The translations under genes were made by a program, and so were the position numbers. From the NCBI RefSeq assembly GCF_004010195.1, contig NC_057749.1:14008974-14053870 (forward strand): DNA of 44,897 bases. The letters run 5' to 3'. The stretch is from Chiloscyllium plagiosum (taxonomy: Eukaryota). Shown here in pieces: positions 33,626 through 44,897 of this stretch. Under the pieces are notes generated by a model. That model was not told the origin of the DNA and did no database searches. It was given only the letters and a program-made list of their open reading frames with translations. Numbering within the stretch: position 1 is the stretch's first letter; each line of letters starts with the position of its first letter.

Positions 33626-36600
33626 AGCTAGTAGGTCCTAGCTCAATCCTTATGTCCCAAAGGTGTCATTAATGAATCTGAGCAGATTGATTGGTTGATT
33701 TTTAAAGGAAGGAAAGAAAGAGCAGAGGGAGGTGGATACCACTGGGGCTGGGATGTATTATCTCCCCAACTCCATTCCATTTTAGATTGTCTTCCCATTT
33801 TCATTTTGTTACACATCCCTGGGAGGTCAGGGTTGTGAATTGTTCTGTTGGTCGGTCAATTGGCTGGTTTGGTAGTGGGTTTCTCAATATTAACAAAAGA
33901 CAAAGTGGGATTTTCCCTGATACTGAGTTGCTCTTTGGATAGTTAAAGGATTTGAAAGGGAAGGATAGAAACTGCTACTGAATTTTAGTTTTAACAATAA
34001 AGCAATAGTAAATCGGAGTCTTCTAGTGCCTGTGATAACATCTGGATATCTGCCTCTCCAAAGAGAAAGAGCTGCTGTTGGCCGACCCGAGAGATTCTGA
34101 ATGGTCTTGGTTCCCTATCTGCAGTCTCTTTCTCTGTCAGAGATTGTAACACCCAAATCTTCACCCCCATGGGATTCCTGTACAGATTTTAGCCTCCTCT
34201 CCCAGCACAAACTACATTTTATGTTGGAACAAAGGCTTACAGACCTCATCAACCTATGTTTTGTGTTAGCATCATTTCGTACGAAGGATTCCACTCAATA
34301 CTAATTAATTTTGCTTTCGGCTGCTGATCACGCTGTTGTGAATTTTGTCAGCACATCCATCACCTTCAGTCACTCCCCTTCCCCCTCCCCTCCCCGACAC
34401 TACTTCTGTCCCTGAAGATGTTGCCTCTTACTAAGACACCGTTGCAGCACTCTGGCTGTTGGAAGTCCAGGATGGCTCTTAGTCTTTTCCCCTCTGGTTC
34501 TAAATCACACTCCAGAGCCCTGTGGACATAATCCTGGAGAACATTTTGAGGAAGCTGCTCTGACTGATGGGTTGCATTGTCAGAGTTAAAGGTCCTGTAT
34601 GCTAATCTAATAGCAAAAACAAGCTTTATTATTGTACTTCTATTTATTGACGTACGTGCTGAGGTATTGCCTCCTTGATGCCCGAGCAGATGCTAAACTG
34701 CATAAGGAATAGGATTAGTGTTCCACATGGTCACACTGGTGTTGTCTCTTCGGTGCACTGGCCTCAGTTCCTGTGTTGTACAGTCATGAGGACAATTTCA
34801 AGAATTATTCTGTGAGCCTTTGGGAAATGGCTTTACTGTGAGGCAGCCCACTAGCAATCCATTGTCCAACCTCTCAAAAGTGGAATGACCTCTTGAATAT
34901 AGTACTAGCTGCAAACACCAACAGAGCTAGATCACCAATAGGGAGTTGATGGCATTAATTAAATCTGAACATGTTAACTGCAAATCAGTACCCTGATCCT
35001 ATGCTTACAATTGGTTTGGGAAATGGAAATGAGTGAGTTTCAAAGATTGCGACAGCAGACTGAGGAATGGTGGCTGCTAATGCCTGGTTAACCACAACAG
35101 TGGTCTACCTATGTGAAACCCCGAAAGGGAACAGTGCGGAACCCTCATGAGTAAACCGAGCAAGCAATTGTCTTCCTTCACCAGTCAGACAGAAGAATTG
35201 TGAACTTAGACCAAAAGACGATAAGACATAGAAGCAAAGTTAGGCCACCCAGCCCATTGAGTCTGCTCCACCGTATGATCATGGCTGATATGTTACTCAA
35301 CCTCCATTCTCGTGCTGCCTTCCTGTAACCCTTGATCCCCTTACCAGTCAAGAATCTATCTATCTATCTCTGTCTTTAATACACTCAATGACTTGGCCTC
35401 CACAGCTTTCTGTAGCAAAGCGGTCCACAGATTGACTACCCGTCCTCAGCTCCGTTCTAAACAGTCATCCTTTCACTGAGTCTGTGCCCTCTGGTCCTAG
35501 TCTCCCCCCCTTTTCCCCCCCCCCCCCACACACACACACTTGTGGAAACCTCTTCGCCATACCCACTCACTCCAGGCCTCTCTGTAGTCTATAAGTTTCA
35601 ATTGGATCGCCCCCTCCATTCTTCTAAACTCTGTCAAGTACAGACACAGGGTCCTCAACTGATCGTCCATATGAAAAGCCCTCCATCCTTTTTGGGATCA
35701 TTCTTATAAACCCCCTCTGGGCTCCAGCCACCATCCTTCCTTTGATACAGGGCCCAAAACTTCTCTCAATATTCCAAAAGTGGTTTGACCAGAGCCTTCT
35801 ACAGCCTCAGCAATAGATCTCTGCTCTTGCCCTCTTGAAATGAATGCTGTTATTGCATTTACCTTCCTAACTGCCAACTGAACCTGCATCTTAACCTTGA
35901 GCGAAATATAAACTAGGTCTCAAGTCTTTTTCTCTTCACATTTCTGAAGCCTTTACTCATTTAGAAAACAGTCTATGCCTCTATTCTTCCTACTGAAGTG
36001 CATAACCTCACACCTTCCCACATTGTATTCCATCTGCCACTACTTTGCCCACTCCTAACCTATCCAAGTCCTTCTGCAGCCTCCCCACTTCCTGAACACT
36101 ATCTGTCCCTTCACCTGTCTTTATGAAATCTGAAAACTTAGCAACAATGCCCTCCATTCCTTTGTCCAGGTTGTTAATGTATAATGTGAATAGTTATGGT
36201 TCCCAACACAGACCTACCTGCCATTCTTGAAAAAGACCCCTCTTAAGCCTACCTTCTGCTTGTCAGCCAGTGCTCTATCCATGCCAGTACCTTGCCCCTA
36301 ACACCATGGACTCTGACTAGCAGCCTCTTGTGCAGCTTCCTTGTCAAAGGCCTTGTGGAAATTCAAATAGATCACATCCACTGGCTCTCCTTTAACTAAT
36401 TTGCTCATTACCTCAAGGAATTCTAACAGATTTGTCAGGCATGACTTCCTGTTGATGAAGCCGTGCTGACTCTACCCTATTTTGCCATGAGCTTTCAAAT
36501 ACTCTACAAGGTCGTCCTTAATATTGGATTCTCAAATCTCGAATGACTAATATCAGGCTAGCCAGCCTTTACATTTCTCTTCTGCCTTACTCCCTTCTTA

Positions 36601-37971
36601 ACAGCAGTGTAACATTTGCAGTTTTCCAGGCCTCTGGGATCTTCCCTGACTTCAGTCATTCCTGAAAGATCGCCACTGATGCCCTCAAATTCTCCTTTGC
36701 TATCTCCTTCTGAACCCTGGGGGATAGTCCATCTGGTCTGGGTGGCTTATCCACCTTCAGACCTTTTCAGCTTCCCCAACACCACCTCCTTCGTGATGGC
36801 CACTACACTCAGCCTGCCCCCTGACTCTAAGTTCTAGTATGGTACTGGTGTATTCCACTGTGAAAACTGATACAAAGTACCTATTCAGTTCCTCTGCCAT
36901 TTCTTTGTTCTCTATTACTTCTTTAGCCTCCTTTTCCAGCAGTCCAGTGTCCAGTCTTGCCTCTCTTACCTGTTTTTAAAAAGAACTTGCAATCTTCTTT
37001 TATGTTACTAGCTAGCTTCATATTTCATTTTTTGGGTTTTTTTTAAATTTATCCCCTGTTTTTTTTTTTAAAGGCTTCCCAATCCTCCAGCTTCCCACTA
37101 ATCTTCACATTGTGTGCACTTTCTTTGAGATTGTCTCGGACTTCCCTTGTCAGCCTCATTCTCCTCTGAGTATGTTTCTTCTTCCTTGGGATGAATTTCT
37201 GCTGTGCTCACTGAATTAGCCCCAGAAACACCTGCCATTGCTGTTGCACTCTCTTCCCTGCCAGGATTCCCTTCCAATCTGCTCTGGTCAGCTTCTCCCT
37301 CGTGTTAGTGGTTACTCTTTACTCGGTTAGAAGTGACCCTGTATTGGAATTACATCATATTATGGTCACTGCCCCGAGGGATTCCTTCACCTTAAGCTTC
37401 CCAATCAAGTTTGCAGCATTACACACCACCAAGTCCAGAAATTACCTGTTTCCTAGTGGGGTACACTATAAGCTGCTCCAAAAGAAAATCTTGTAGACAT
37501 TCCACCTACTCCTTTTCTTGAATTCCACTACCATGCTGATCTTCCCAGTTCACCTCGATTATTGCAACAGTGTCTTTTTACATGCCTTTTCTATTTCCGG
37601 ATTTATTTTCTTCCCCACATGCTGACTTCTGCTAGGAGGCTTCTACACAACTCCCATCAGGGTCTTGCTTTTGCTGTTCCTCAACTCTACCAACATAGAT
37701 TCCATGCCTTCTGACTCTATACTGAGTTAATTTCATTTCTTACTAATGAGGCAACCCTGTCCCTTCTGCCCTTCCTTTAGATAGGACATGTGCCCTTGAA
37801 TGTTTAGTTCCCACCCCTGATCCTCTTGCAGACATATCTCTAATATCCACAACACTGCACCTGCTGTGTGTTGATACCCACATCATCATCCCTGACAATT
37901 TCGATACATGCGACAAGCTCATAAACGTTGTTTTGTGTACTGCCTGCATTTAAGTACAATGCTCTTAGTCC

Positions 37972-38885
37972 TACCAAAAGAGAAAATGCTAGAAAATCTC
38001 AGCAGGTCTGGCAGCATCTGTAAGGAGAAAAAAGAGCTGATGTTTCGAATCTAACTGACCCTTTGTCGAAGCTAAAAAAAAGGGAGAAATGGGGAGGTAT
38101 TTATATTCGGCTGAGGGAAAGTGAGTCATGGCTCCAGAAGTAAAGGTAGCAATCACGAGGTGATAATGACAGTGCATAGAGATTATAGGGAGATTAGGAG
38201 CTGTGAATGACCAAGGCAGAAGCCAGGGCTATGTGACAAAATATGTTGAGACCGGCAGGCTGTAACGTGCCTAGTTGGAAGATGAGATGCTGTTCCTCCA
38301 GTTTGCGTTGAGCTTCACTGGAACACTGCAGCAGGCCAAGGACAGACATGTGGGCATGGGAGCAGGATTGTGTGTTGAAGTGGCAAGCCACTGGATGGTC
38401 CGAGACCTGATTGCGTACAGACCGAAGGTGCTCAGCAAAGTGATCATCCAGTCGGCGTTTTGTCTCTCCGACATAGAGGAGACCATATTGGGAGCATTGA
38501 ATGCAATAGACCAAATTGAAAGAGGTACAAGTGAAACGCTGCTTAATCTGAAATGAGTATTTGGGGCCTTGGATGATGAGCATGGAAGAGGTAAAGGGGC
38601 AGGTGTTGCACCTTCTGCGATTGCATGGGAAGGTGCTGTGTGTGATGGGAGAGGTGTTTGGGTGATTGAGGAGTGGACTAGGTTGTCCTGGAGGGAACGA
38701 TCTCTGCGGAATGCAGGGAAGGGAAGGGAAGATGTGTTTATTGGTGGCGCATGTTGGAGTTGGCGAAAATAGCAGAGGATTATTCTTTGCATGTGAAGGC
38801 TGGTGGGGTGAAAGGTGAGAACAAGAGGGAACCTATTCTTGTTCTGGGAGGGGAGAGAGGGGGTGAGGGTGGCGCGGGAGATGGA
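37972..38885 (-). mobile_element. Penelope-like element 3' part with GIY-YIG endonuclease
   Basis: ORF 38194-38583: FTCTSFNLVYCIQCSQYGLLYVGETKRRLDDHFAEH...PVACHFN...LGTLQPAGLN; upstream AFRRDRSLQDNLVHS; frameshifted. Confidence 0.92.
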
Positions 38886-39396
38886 CCTTCCCCCATTTTA
38901 ACATTTTCAATAATTTTGCATGCAACTGAACTTGTCCACCAACTCAGCCCCATCTATAGCCCTAGTTATGCAGTCAGCCAGGGCTTGGTCCCAGTAGGAG
39001 TCAAGTGAAGTCCATTCCATCGGAACAGGGCTTCCTCCTTACCCAGTAATGATGTCAATGCCCTTGAATTTGAACCCATTTTCCCACATCAATCTTTGAG
39101 TCTCACTACTTTTAATCTTGTTGCCTCTATGCCGAGTTGCTCATGGCTCAGGTAGTTATCCAGTGATTAGTACCTTTTTTAATTCTGCTTTTAAATTTAG
39201 CCTCTAGCTTCTCGTATTCTCTCAGCAGAACCTCCTTCCTCTTTCTGCATATATCATTGCCACCTATGTGGACCACAACAACTGGGTCATTCACCTCCCA
39301 CTCCAGGTTCCAGATGAGATCCTGAATCCTTGCACCAGGCAAGCAACACAGCCTGTGGGACTCTCGATCCTGGCCATAGAGAACAATGTCTACTTA

Positions 39397-39718
39397 GGGT
39401 GGCACGGTGGCTCAGTGGTTAGCACCGCTGCCTCATAGTGCCAGGGACACAGGTTTGATTCCAGCCTCTGGCGACTGTCTGTCTGTGTGGAGTTTGAACA
39501 TTCTCTCCATGTCTGTGTGGGTTACCTCTGGGTGCTCCGGTTTCCTCCCCACAGTCCAATGATGTGCAGGTCAGGTGAATTGGTCATGCTAAATTGCCCA
39601 TAGTGTTAGGTACATTAGTCAGGGAAATGGGTTTGGGTGGGTTACACTTCAGAGGGTCAGTTTAGACATGTTGGGCCGAAGAGCCTGTTTCCACACTGTA
39701 GGTAATCTAATCTAATCT
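39397..39718 (+). mobile_element. HE1-type V-SINE inserted in CR1 ORF1
   Basis: Full head, V-domain and (aatct)3 tail. Confidence 0.92.
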
Positions 39719-40299
39719 ATTCCCTAACTATATTTTCTCCAGTTGCAAATATGTTTCTCTTAATAACCCCTTTTGAATGGCTCCATATACCAGTGCTACA
39801 GTCAATTTGCTCATTCCCCCTACAGGCCCCACTCTCATTCACACAGGCAGCAAGAATCTCGAACCTGTTAAGTCAAGCTCCAGAACGGAGAGCCCTTCAG
39901 CACGACTGCCTGGATCCCTCTAACTGCCTCACTGGTAGGCACAGCCTCTGCTCCCTGATCAAATTTATGTTGTTAATCTAAAGGGCGTGACTACCACCTG
40001 AAACATGCGTCCAGGTAACTTTTTTATCCCCCCTCCCTGAGGTGTCAGTGTTCAAAGCGCAGACTCCAGCTCATCAACTGAGGAGCTGGACTTCCTCAGG
40101 CAACAACACTTGCTACAGATGTGATTGCTATGAACTACAATGGGGACCACTAGCTCCCCCACATACGTTTGCAACGTAAATGCTAGCCTCTCCACACATC
40201 AGCTCTGGAGTAATCGAGACTCAACATTAGCTAGCTCTCCCTCCATGAATGCTGCCTGACCCGCTGTGATCTCCAGCAGCATTTGTTTTGTTTTCAATT

Positions 40300-40640
40300 C
40301 ATAGATGGAGTTGATGGTAGTCGTCTTTTTCCCAAGATGGGGAATTTCAAGACTAGGGGACACATTTTTAAGGTGAGAGAGAAAAAGAGAGACTTTTTTT
40401 TTCTTTTTAATAAAAAAAAGGCAATTTTTTTTTACACACGGTGATTCTCATTTGGAATGAACTTCCTGAGGAAGTGGTGGATCTGTGTACAGTTACAACA
40501 TTTAAAAGACATTTGGATTGATATATGAATTGGAAAGATCTGGGCCAGGAGCAGGCAGGTGGGACTAGTTTAGTTTGGGATTGTAGTTGGCGTGGACTGG
40601 TTGGACTGAAGCGTCTGTTTTCCATGCTGTGCGACACTAT
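40300..40640 (+). mobile_element. CR1 LINE 3' end
   Basis: gactaggggacacattttaaggtgaga...tggaatgaacttcctgaggaagtggtgg...ggactgaagcgtctgtttcc; homologous to 19100-19420. Confidence 0.85.
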
Positions 40641-40647
40641 GATGTTT

Positions 40648-40940
40648 TTAGATTAGGTTCCCTAAAGTATGGAAACAGGCTCTTCGTCCACACCAACCCT
40701 CCTGAAGAGTAACCCACCCAGACCCATTCCCTTGTATTTACCCCTGACTATGGGCAATTTACCATGGCCAATTCACCTAATCTGCATATCTTTGGATTGT
40801 GAGAGGAAACCGGAGCACCCGGAGGAAACCCACACAGACAGAGACAATGTGTGCAATCTCCACACAGACAGTCACCGAGGCTGGAATCGAAGCCAGGTCC
40901 TTGGTGCTGTGGGGCAGCAGTGCTAACCACTGAGCCACCA
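40648..40940 (-). mobile_element. HE1-type V-SINE
   Basis: Reverse complement of HE1 (gaggaaaccggagcacccggaggaaacccac...gcagcagtgctaaccactgagccacc). Confidence 0.9.
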
Positions 40941-40962
40941 TGATGCCTGACTTGGCATTAAT

Positions 40963-41105
40963 TACAGTACATACTCAAGTAGTAATCAATCTCATGTAAA
41001 GGTCGACCCCCTATTTTTGGCCAAATAACCTTGAATTTTCCATATCTTGTGTAAAAGTTGTCCCTAGTTCTTCACAGATAGCAGATCAATGTTTTGAGTC
41101 AGTGT
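40963..41105 (+). mobile_element. Left end of the same pogo/Tc2 family as 3894-4747
   Basis: tgtaaaagttgtccctagttcttcacagatagcagatcaat matches 3956-3997. Confidence 0.7.
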
Positions 41106-41135
41106 GTTGACCATCACATCCTGATCCAGCTTTCT

Positions 41136-41446
41136 GGGGTGGCATGGTGGCTCAGTGGTTAGCACTGCTGCCTCACAGCACCAGGGTGCCAGATTCGATT
41201 CCAGCTTGGGGCCACTGTCTGTGTGGAGTTTGCACATTCTCCCTGTGTCTGCGTGGGTTTCCTCCGGGTACTTTGGTTTCCTCCCACAATCCAAAGATGT
41301 GCAGGTCAGGTGAATTGCCCATAGTGTAAGGGGACATTAGTCAGAGGGACATGGGTCTGGGTGGGTTACTCTTCAGAGGATCGGTGTAGACTTGTTGGGC
41401 CGAAGGGCCTGTTTCCACACTGTGAATGGAATGGAATCTAATCTAA
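41136..41446 (+). mobile_element. HE1-type V-SINE
   Basis: Head, V-domain and aatctaatct tail. Confidence 0.9.
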
Positions 41447-43581
41447 TTCTGCCGGTTGTTCTGCTCTACTTTTGGTCTTCCAGTCTACTAACTGTTGTAT
41501 TCTGCTCCAGGTTTTCAGAGCTACCATAATTCATTGTTTTTCTTTATTCATTTCGAGATCACTTGGACTTCTGCTAATGATGCGGTATGAATTGCAGCCC
41601 CTTAAAAGTAATATCCATGTAATAGTTGACCCTATAAATTTAACCTTAAAAAGTAATCGAAAACATTTGACTATTACTCACGTGTATATTTGGTACTTAC
41701 AGCTTGATTTTGGTTCTTGTAGAAAGTTTTCACACTGATCTTTAATTTTAAAGCCTGTATATATTTCCCCTATTTACGTTCAATATGAAGGTAACTTACA
41801 ATAGATAGTTAAATTAGTAACTATCACCAACCAGTGAACTTAAGATTTATCCGTGATGTCACCTTTTTGGGCTAGACTCTTGATTCTGAGCTTCGATTTT
41901 ATCCTATTTTTAAAAGATCTTTGAAACTGAGCCAAAAAGCAAGCAAAAAAACTCCTCTTTTTTCCCGTCTGCACTGAATTCCCACACTCTCTGCAAATTC
42001 CCTGAACTATACACTCACTTGGGCTGTGTCACACTTCTGGATGTGATCTCTCCTTCCCGATTGTGTGTGCAAATTCACCATTCTCACTTACGTTCTCACC
42101 TGTTCATTTGAACTGTTCATGTAATGTTGCATGTAGAGAAAACGGTAGGAACATTTTTATCAAGCCAGAAAGAGCAACAGAAAGTTTAAGTTTTAAAAAT
42201 AAAATCTCAAACAATTAAAACCTGAAAGAATGAGATTACATATCTATAGAAGGTCACTTTTTATGACTGAGATTAACCTGAAATACATTAAATGTTTACT
42301 TGCACTTGAAGTTTTACTTCCTGTGGCAGTAAGGTAATTACCTCTTCTGTAAAAACGTGAATGTCACGCTGTTCAGTGCATTTGAATGATGAAACCAGAC
42401 AGGGTTTCTCCAAAGCATATCTATGCCAGTGAAGGTTTGGTTTCTACATGTACCTGCCCTGGGCAAAAGTTGCTTTTGTACAGTTAGCATTGTTCATCTT
42501 TTGACAAGTTTTGGACAAATAATCTGGTTCCATTCTGATTTTTGGAAACCTAATGAATTGTTGTCCTGCTCTCAAAGTCATTCTCCCAGTCTCTTCACCT
42601 TTCTTTCTCCCCCCCCCATCATGCCAACCACTGACATCAAAGGATGATCTAAAAGGTCTTTCAATACTTTGCCTAAGAGGTCCAAATAAACCTGTTACAC
42701 GATAACTTGGTGTTGTGATTTTTTTTTTTAACATTTGCCATCCGGGAAGCAGCCTAAAGCAGGCATGGTCAAGAGAATGCCAATGTTCGTTCTGTTCAAT
42801 GTTTCATTTAACAAAAAGACCTTGACCAATCAGATTCCACTTGGTAATTCTATTCTCTCTCGATGTAAAATGTTGTTGTTCTTTTCCATTTACAAGAATA
42901 CTGATGTCATGATGAGCTCAAGATGGGAGCTTTGCCGAGATGTGTCCAGGAGAATTTACTAGGTTGAGCTGTGTTCGCAAAGTGACTTGTTCCTTTGTGA
43001 CTTGAACTGATCAGCCAGATTCTTGTTTCTGTAATAGTTTGCATGTTGACAGAAGGATGCATATGCAAGCCTACAGTGGTTAATCAGCACCCTGGTGTTG
43101 TACTGTAGCAATAACAACGTCAAGAAAGACATGCAATCATACAGCATCTTGCATAAATATTAGATGTGGCAACCATTGGAAACAGACAGGGCAGGCAATT
43201 TGCATACAGCAAGCTCCCACAAACAGCAATGCGCTTTTGTGAATCCAGTTAAAGAAGAATAATGACCAAATTGTGGGAATGTAATCACATAATGACTGAA
43301 ATGGGTGAGTGGTGAAAATATCCTCCTTTTATTCAGCAACTGCAAAGGGCACAAGTTTGAGGTGGCAAAAGAATCATGAAATATAGCACTTGCAAGAGTC
43401 ACTTTATGCACGGTTCTTAGATTAAAATTCCACTACTGTGGTGTTACATTGTTTTATCTATAGTATTCAAAGGTTTGAGGGGCTTTTGTCCTGGGACACA
43501 GGAGATCGGTGCTAAGTGTTGGCTGCTACTACTGATGGGATTAAGAGTGTCTATCTGGTCTGTTTGCATAATTAAGAGGTC

Positions 43582-44548
43582 ATGATGTGGAGATGCCAGT
43601 GTTGGACTTGGGTGGACAACATTTTTAAAAATCACACAACACCAGCTTATAGTCCAACAGGTTTATTTGGAAGCACTAGCTTTTGGGGCACTGCTCCTTT
43701 GTCAGGTAGCTAGTGGGGCAGGATCAAAGGACACAGAATCTATAGCACAAGATCAAGTGTCTGATCATGCAACTGATGCAATATATTAAACCTAGATTGC
43801 TGTTTAGTCTTTTAGAATGGGTTGCAGGTTTCGGTTCATTAATATGTAAATGCCAGAACTTCTTCCAAGTCACAACCTCGAGGACTTAAGGTTTTATATT
43901 TTTTTTTTAAAAAGTGACATCTCAGCTCAGACAATGCATTAAAGGTGTGAGGTTAGAGTCTGTCTGGTATTACAATCTTGAGTCAGACTGGTTCTGTTTC
44001 CAAAGTAGGGATTTATAAAATGTCACATGGATTGACTGTGCTTTTTCAGCAAAATAGAATGTATCTGCAAATGCACATTCACGCCATAGAGTTTGTGCAT
44101 GCATCCATGTGAAGGAGAGAGTTTGTGTGTGCGTGCTTGGTGCAGTGTGTGAGTGTGTAACAGAACATAAGCCTGTGAGAGGCTGTGTGCAGGAGTGTGT
44201 ATCTGATTTTGTGTGTGTGTGTGTGTGTGTGGTGTAGTGCCTACTTTGGAAATTGAACCAGTGACTCAAGGTTAGAATGTGACTTTGGGAATGCGACTTG
44301 AAAGAAGTTCTGGAATTTACATATCAATTAATCGAAATTTACAACATATTCTAAAAGATGAAAGATTTAAAGCAATCTGGGTTTGTTCAATATATCGTAT
44401 TCGTTGCATGACACTATGATCTTGTGCTATAAATTGTGTCCTATGATCTTACCCTACTAGCTACCTGACGAAGGAGCAGTGTTTTGAAAGCTAGTGCTTC
44501 CAAATAAACCAGTTGGACTGAACCTGATGTGTGTTTTTTAACTTTGTA
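43582..44548. mobile_element. Long fold-back Penelope-type element (same terminal family as 2171 and 31022)
   Basis: Imperfect inverted arms about 43615-43875 and 44290-44548; decayed hammerhead ctgacga-aggagcagtgtttt-gaaagcta-gtg at about 44465-44496; internal (tg)n. Confidence 0.8.
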
Positions 44549-44640
44549 ATAGTTTTGTAAATATTTTACTATGTTATATTAAACAACAGGTTAGTGAAGG
44601 GTTATGAATGAACAGGAATCCAGTCTTTAGTAAATATAGT

Positions 44641-44897
44641 GAGCTGAAAATGTGTTGCTGGAAAAGCTCAGCAGGTCAGGAACAGGAGAATCATCGTTTC
44701 GGGCATAAGCCCTTCTTCAGGAATGAGGAAAGTGTGTCCAGCAGGCTAAGATAAAAGGTAGGGAGGAGGGACTTGGGGGAGGGGTGTTGGAAATGTGATG
44801 GGTGGAAGGAGGTCAGGGTGAGGGTGATAGGCCAGAGTGGGGTGGGGGCGGAGAGGTCAGGAAGAAGATTGCAGGTTAGGAAGGCGGTGCTGAGTTC
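44641..44897 (-). mobile_element. Penelope-like element 3' terminus/pLTR, running off the window
   Basis: Near-identical to 26855-27060; minus-strand CUGAAGA-AGGGC(uuau)GCCC-GAAAC at about 44696-44720. Confidence 0.8.

Larger units (their letters stand above)
35208..40175 (-). mobile_element. Near full-length decayed CR1 LINE (ORF1 esterase + ORF2 EN/RT + tail) with nested inserts
   Basis: 3' tail at about 35210-35420, RT/EN remnants at about 35700-37950 (QVQLAVRKVNAITAFISRG) and ORF1 PGARIQD...PVVVVHIGGND...KFKSR at 39148-39342. Confidence 0.82.

Noticed and set aside
41543..41754. Possible minus-strand spliced gene (54-nt exon 41701-41754 with gtaagt donor, 100-nt intron, terminal exon ending TGA/AATAAA)
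   Set aside because: The upstream acceptor is purine-rich, no convincing upstream exon exists and the peptide has no recognisable homology; likely chance in AT-rich DNA.
1..44897. CRISPR arrays, operons or prokaryotic defence systems
   Set aside because: The sequence is vertebrate intronic DNA with no regularly spaced repeat-spacer array; the RT and nuclease motifs belong to retrotransposons.

Overview
This is eukaryotic, repeat-rich DNA from a cartilaginous fish. HE1-type V-SINEs with (AATCT)n tails, HER1/CR1 LINEs and Deu-domain SINEs point to a shark, plausibly a carpet or bamboo shark (inference). The only host gene I can support is PSTPIP1 (F-BAR/SH3 adaptor, + strand). Two coding exons are clear, 16901-17001 and 17944-18018, with canonical splice sites and the expected 101 and 75 nt lengths. 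I could not find the canonical first exon or exon 4 onward, so most of the window is intronic. A phase-compatible pair of candidate alternative 5' exons lies at 13409-13443 and 14658-14676. The rest is decayed, often nested transposons: CR1 LINEs (one near full length with an esterase ORF1), Penelope-like elements (GIY-YIG and YIDD RT), RTE, Rex1, pogo/Tigger DNA transposons, a solo LTR and several SINE families. The most striking structure is a family of miniature fold-back Penelope-type elements with target-site duplications, carrying minimal hammerhead-ribozyme cores on both arms. Repeat names come from recognised motifs, not a database search, and repeat boundaries are approximate unless TSDs or TIRs are quoted.
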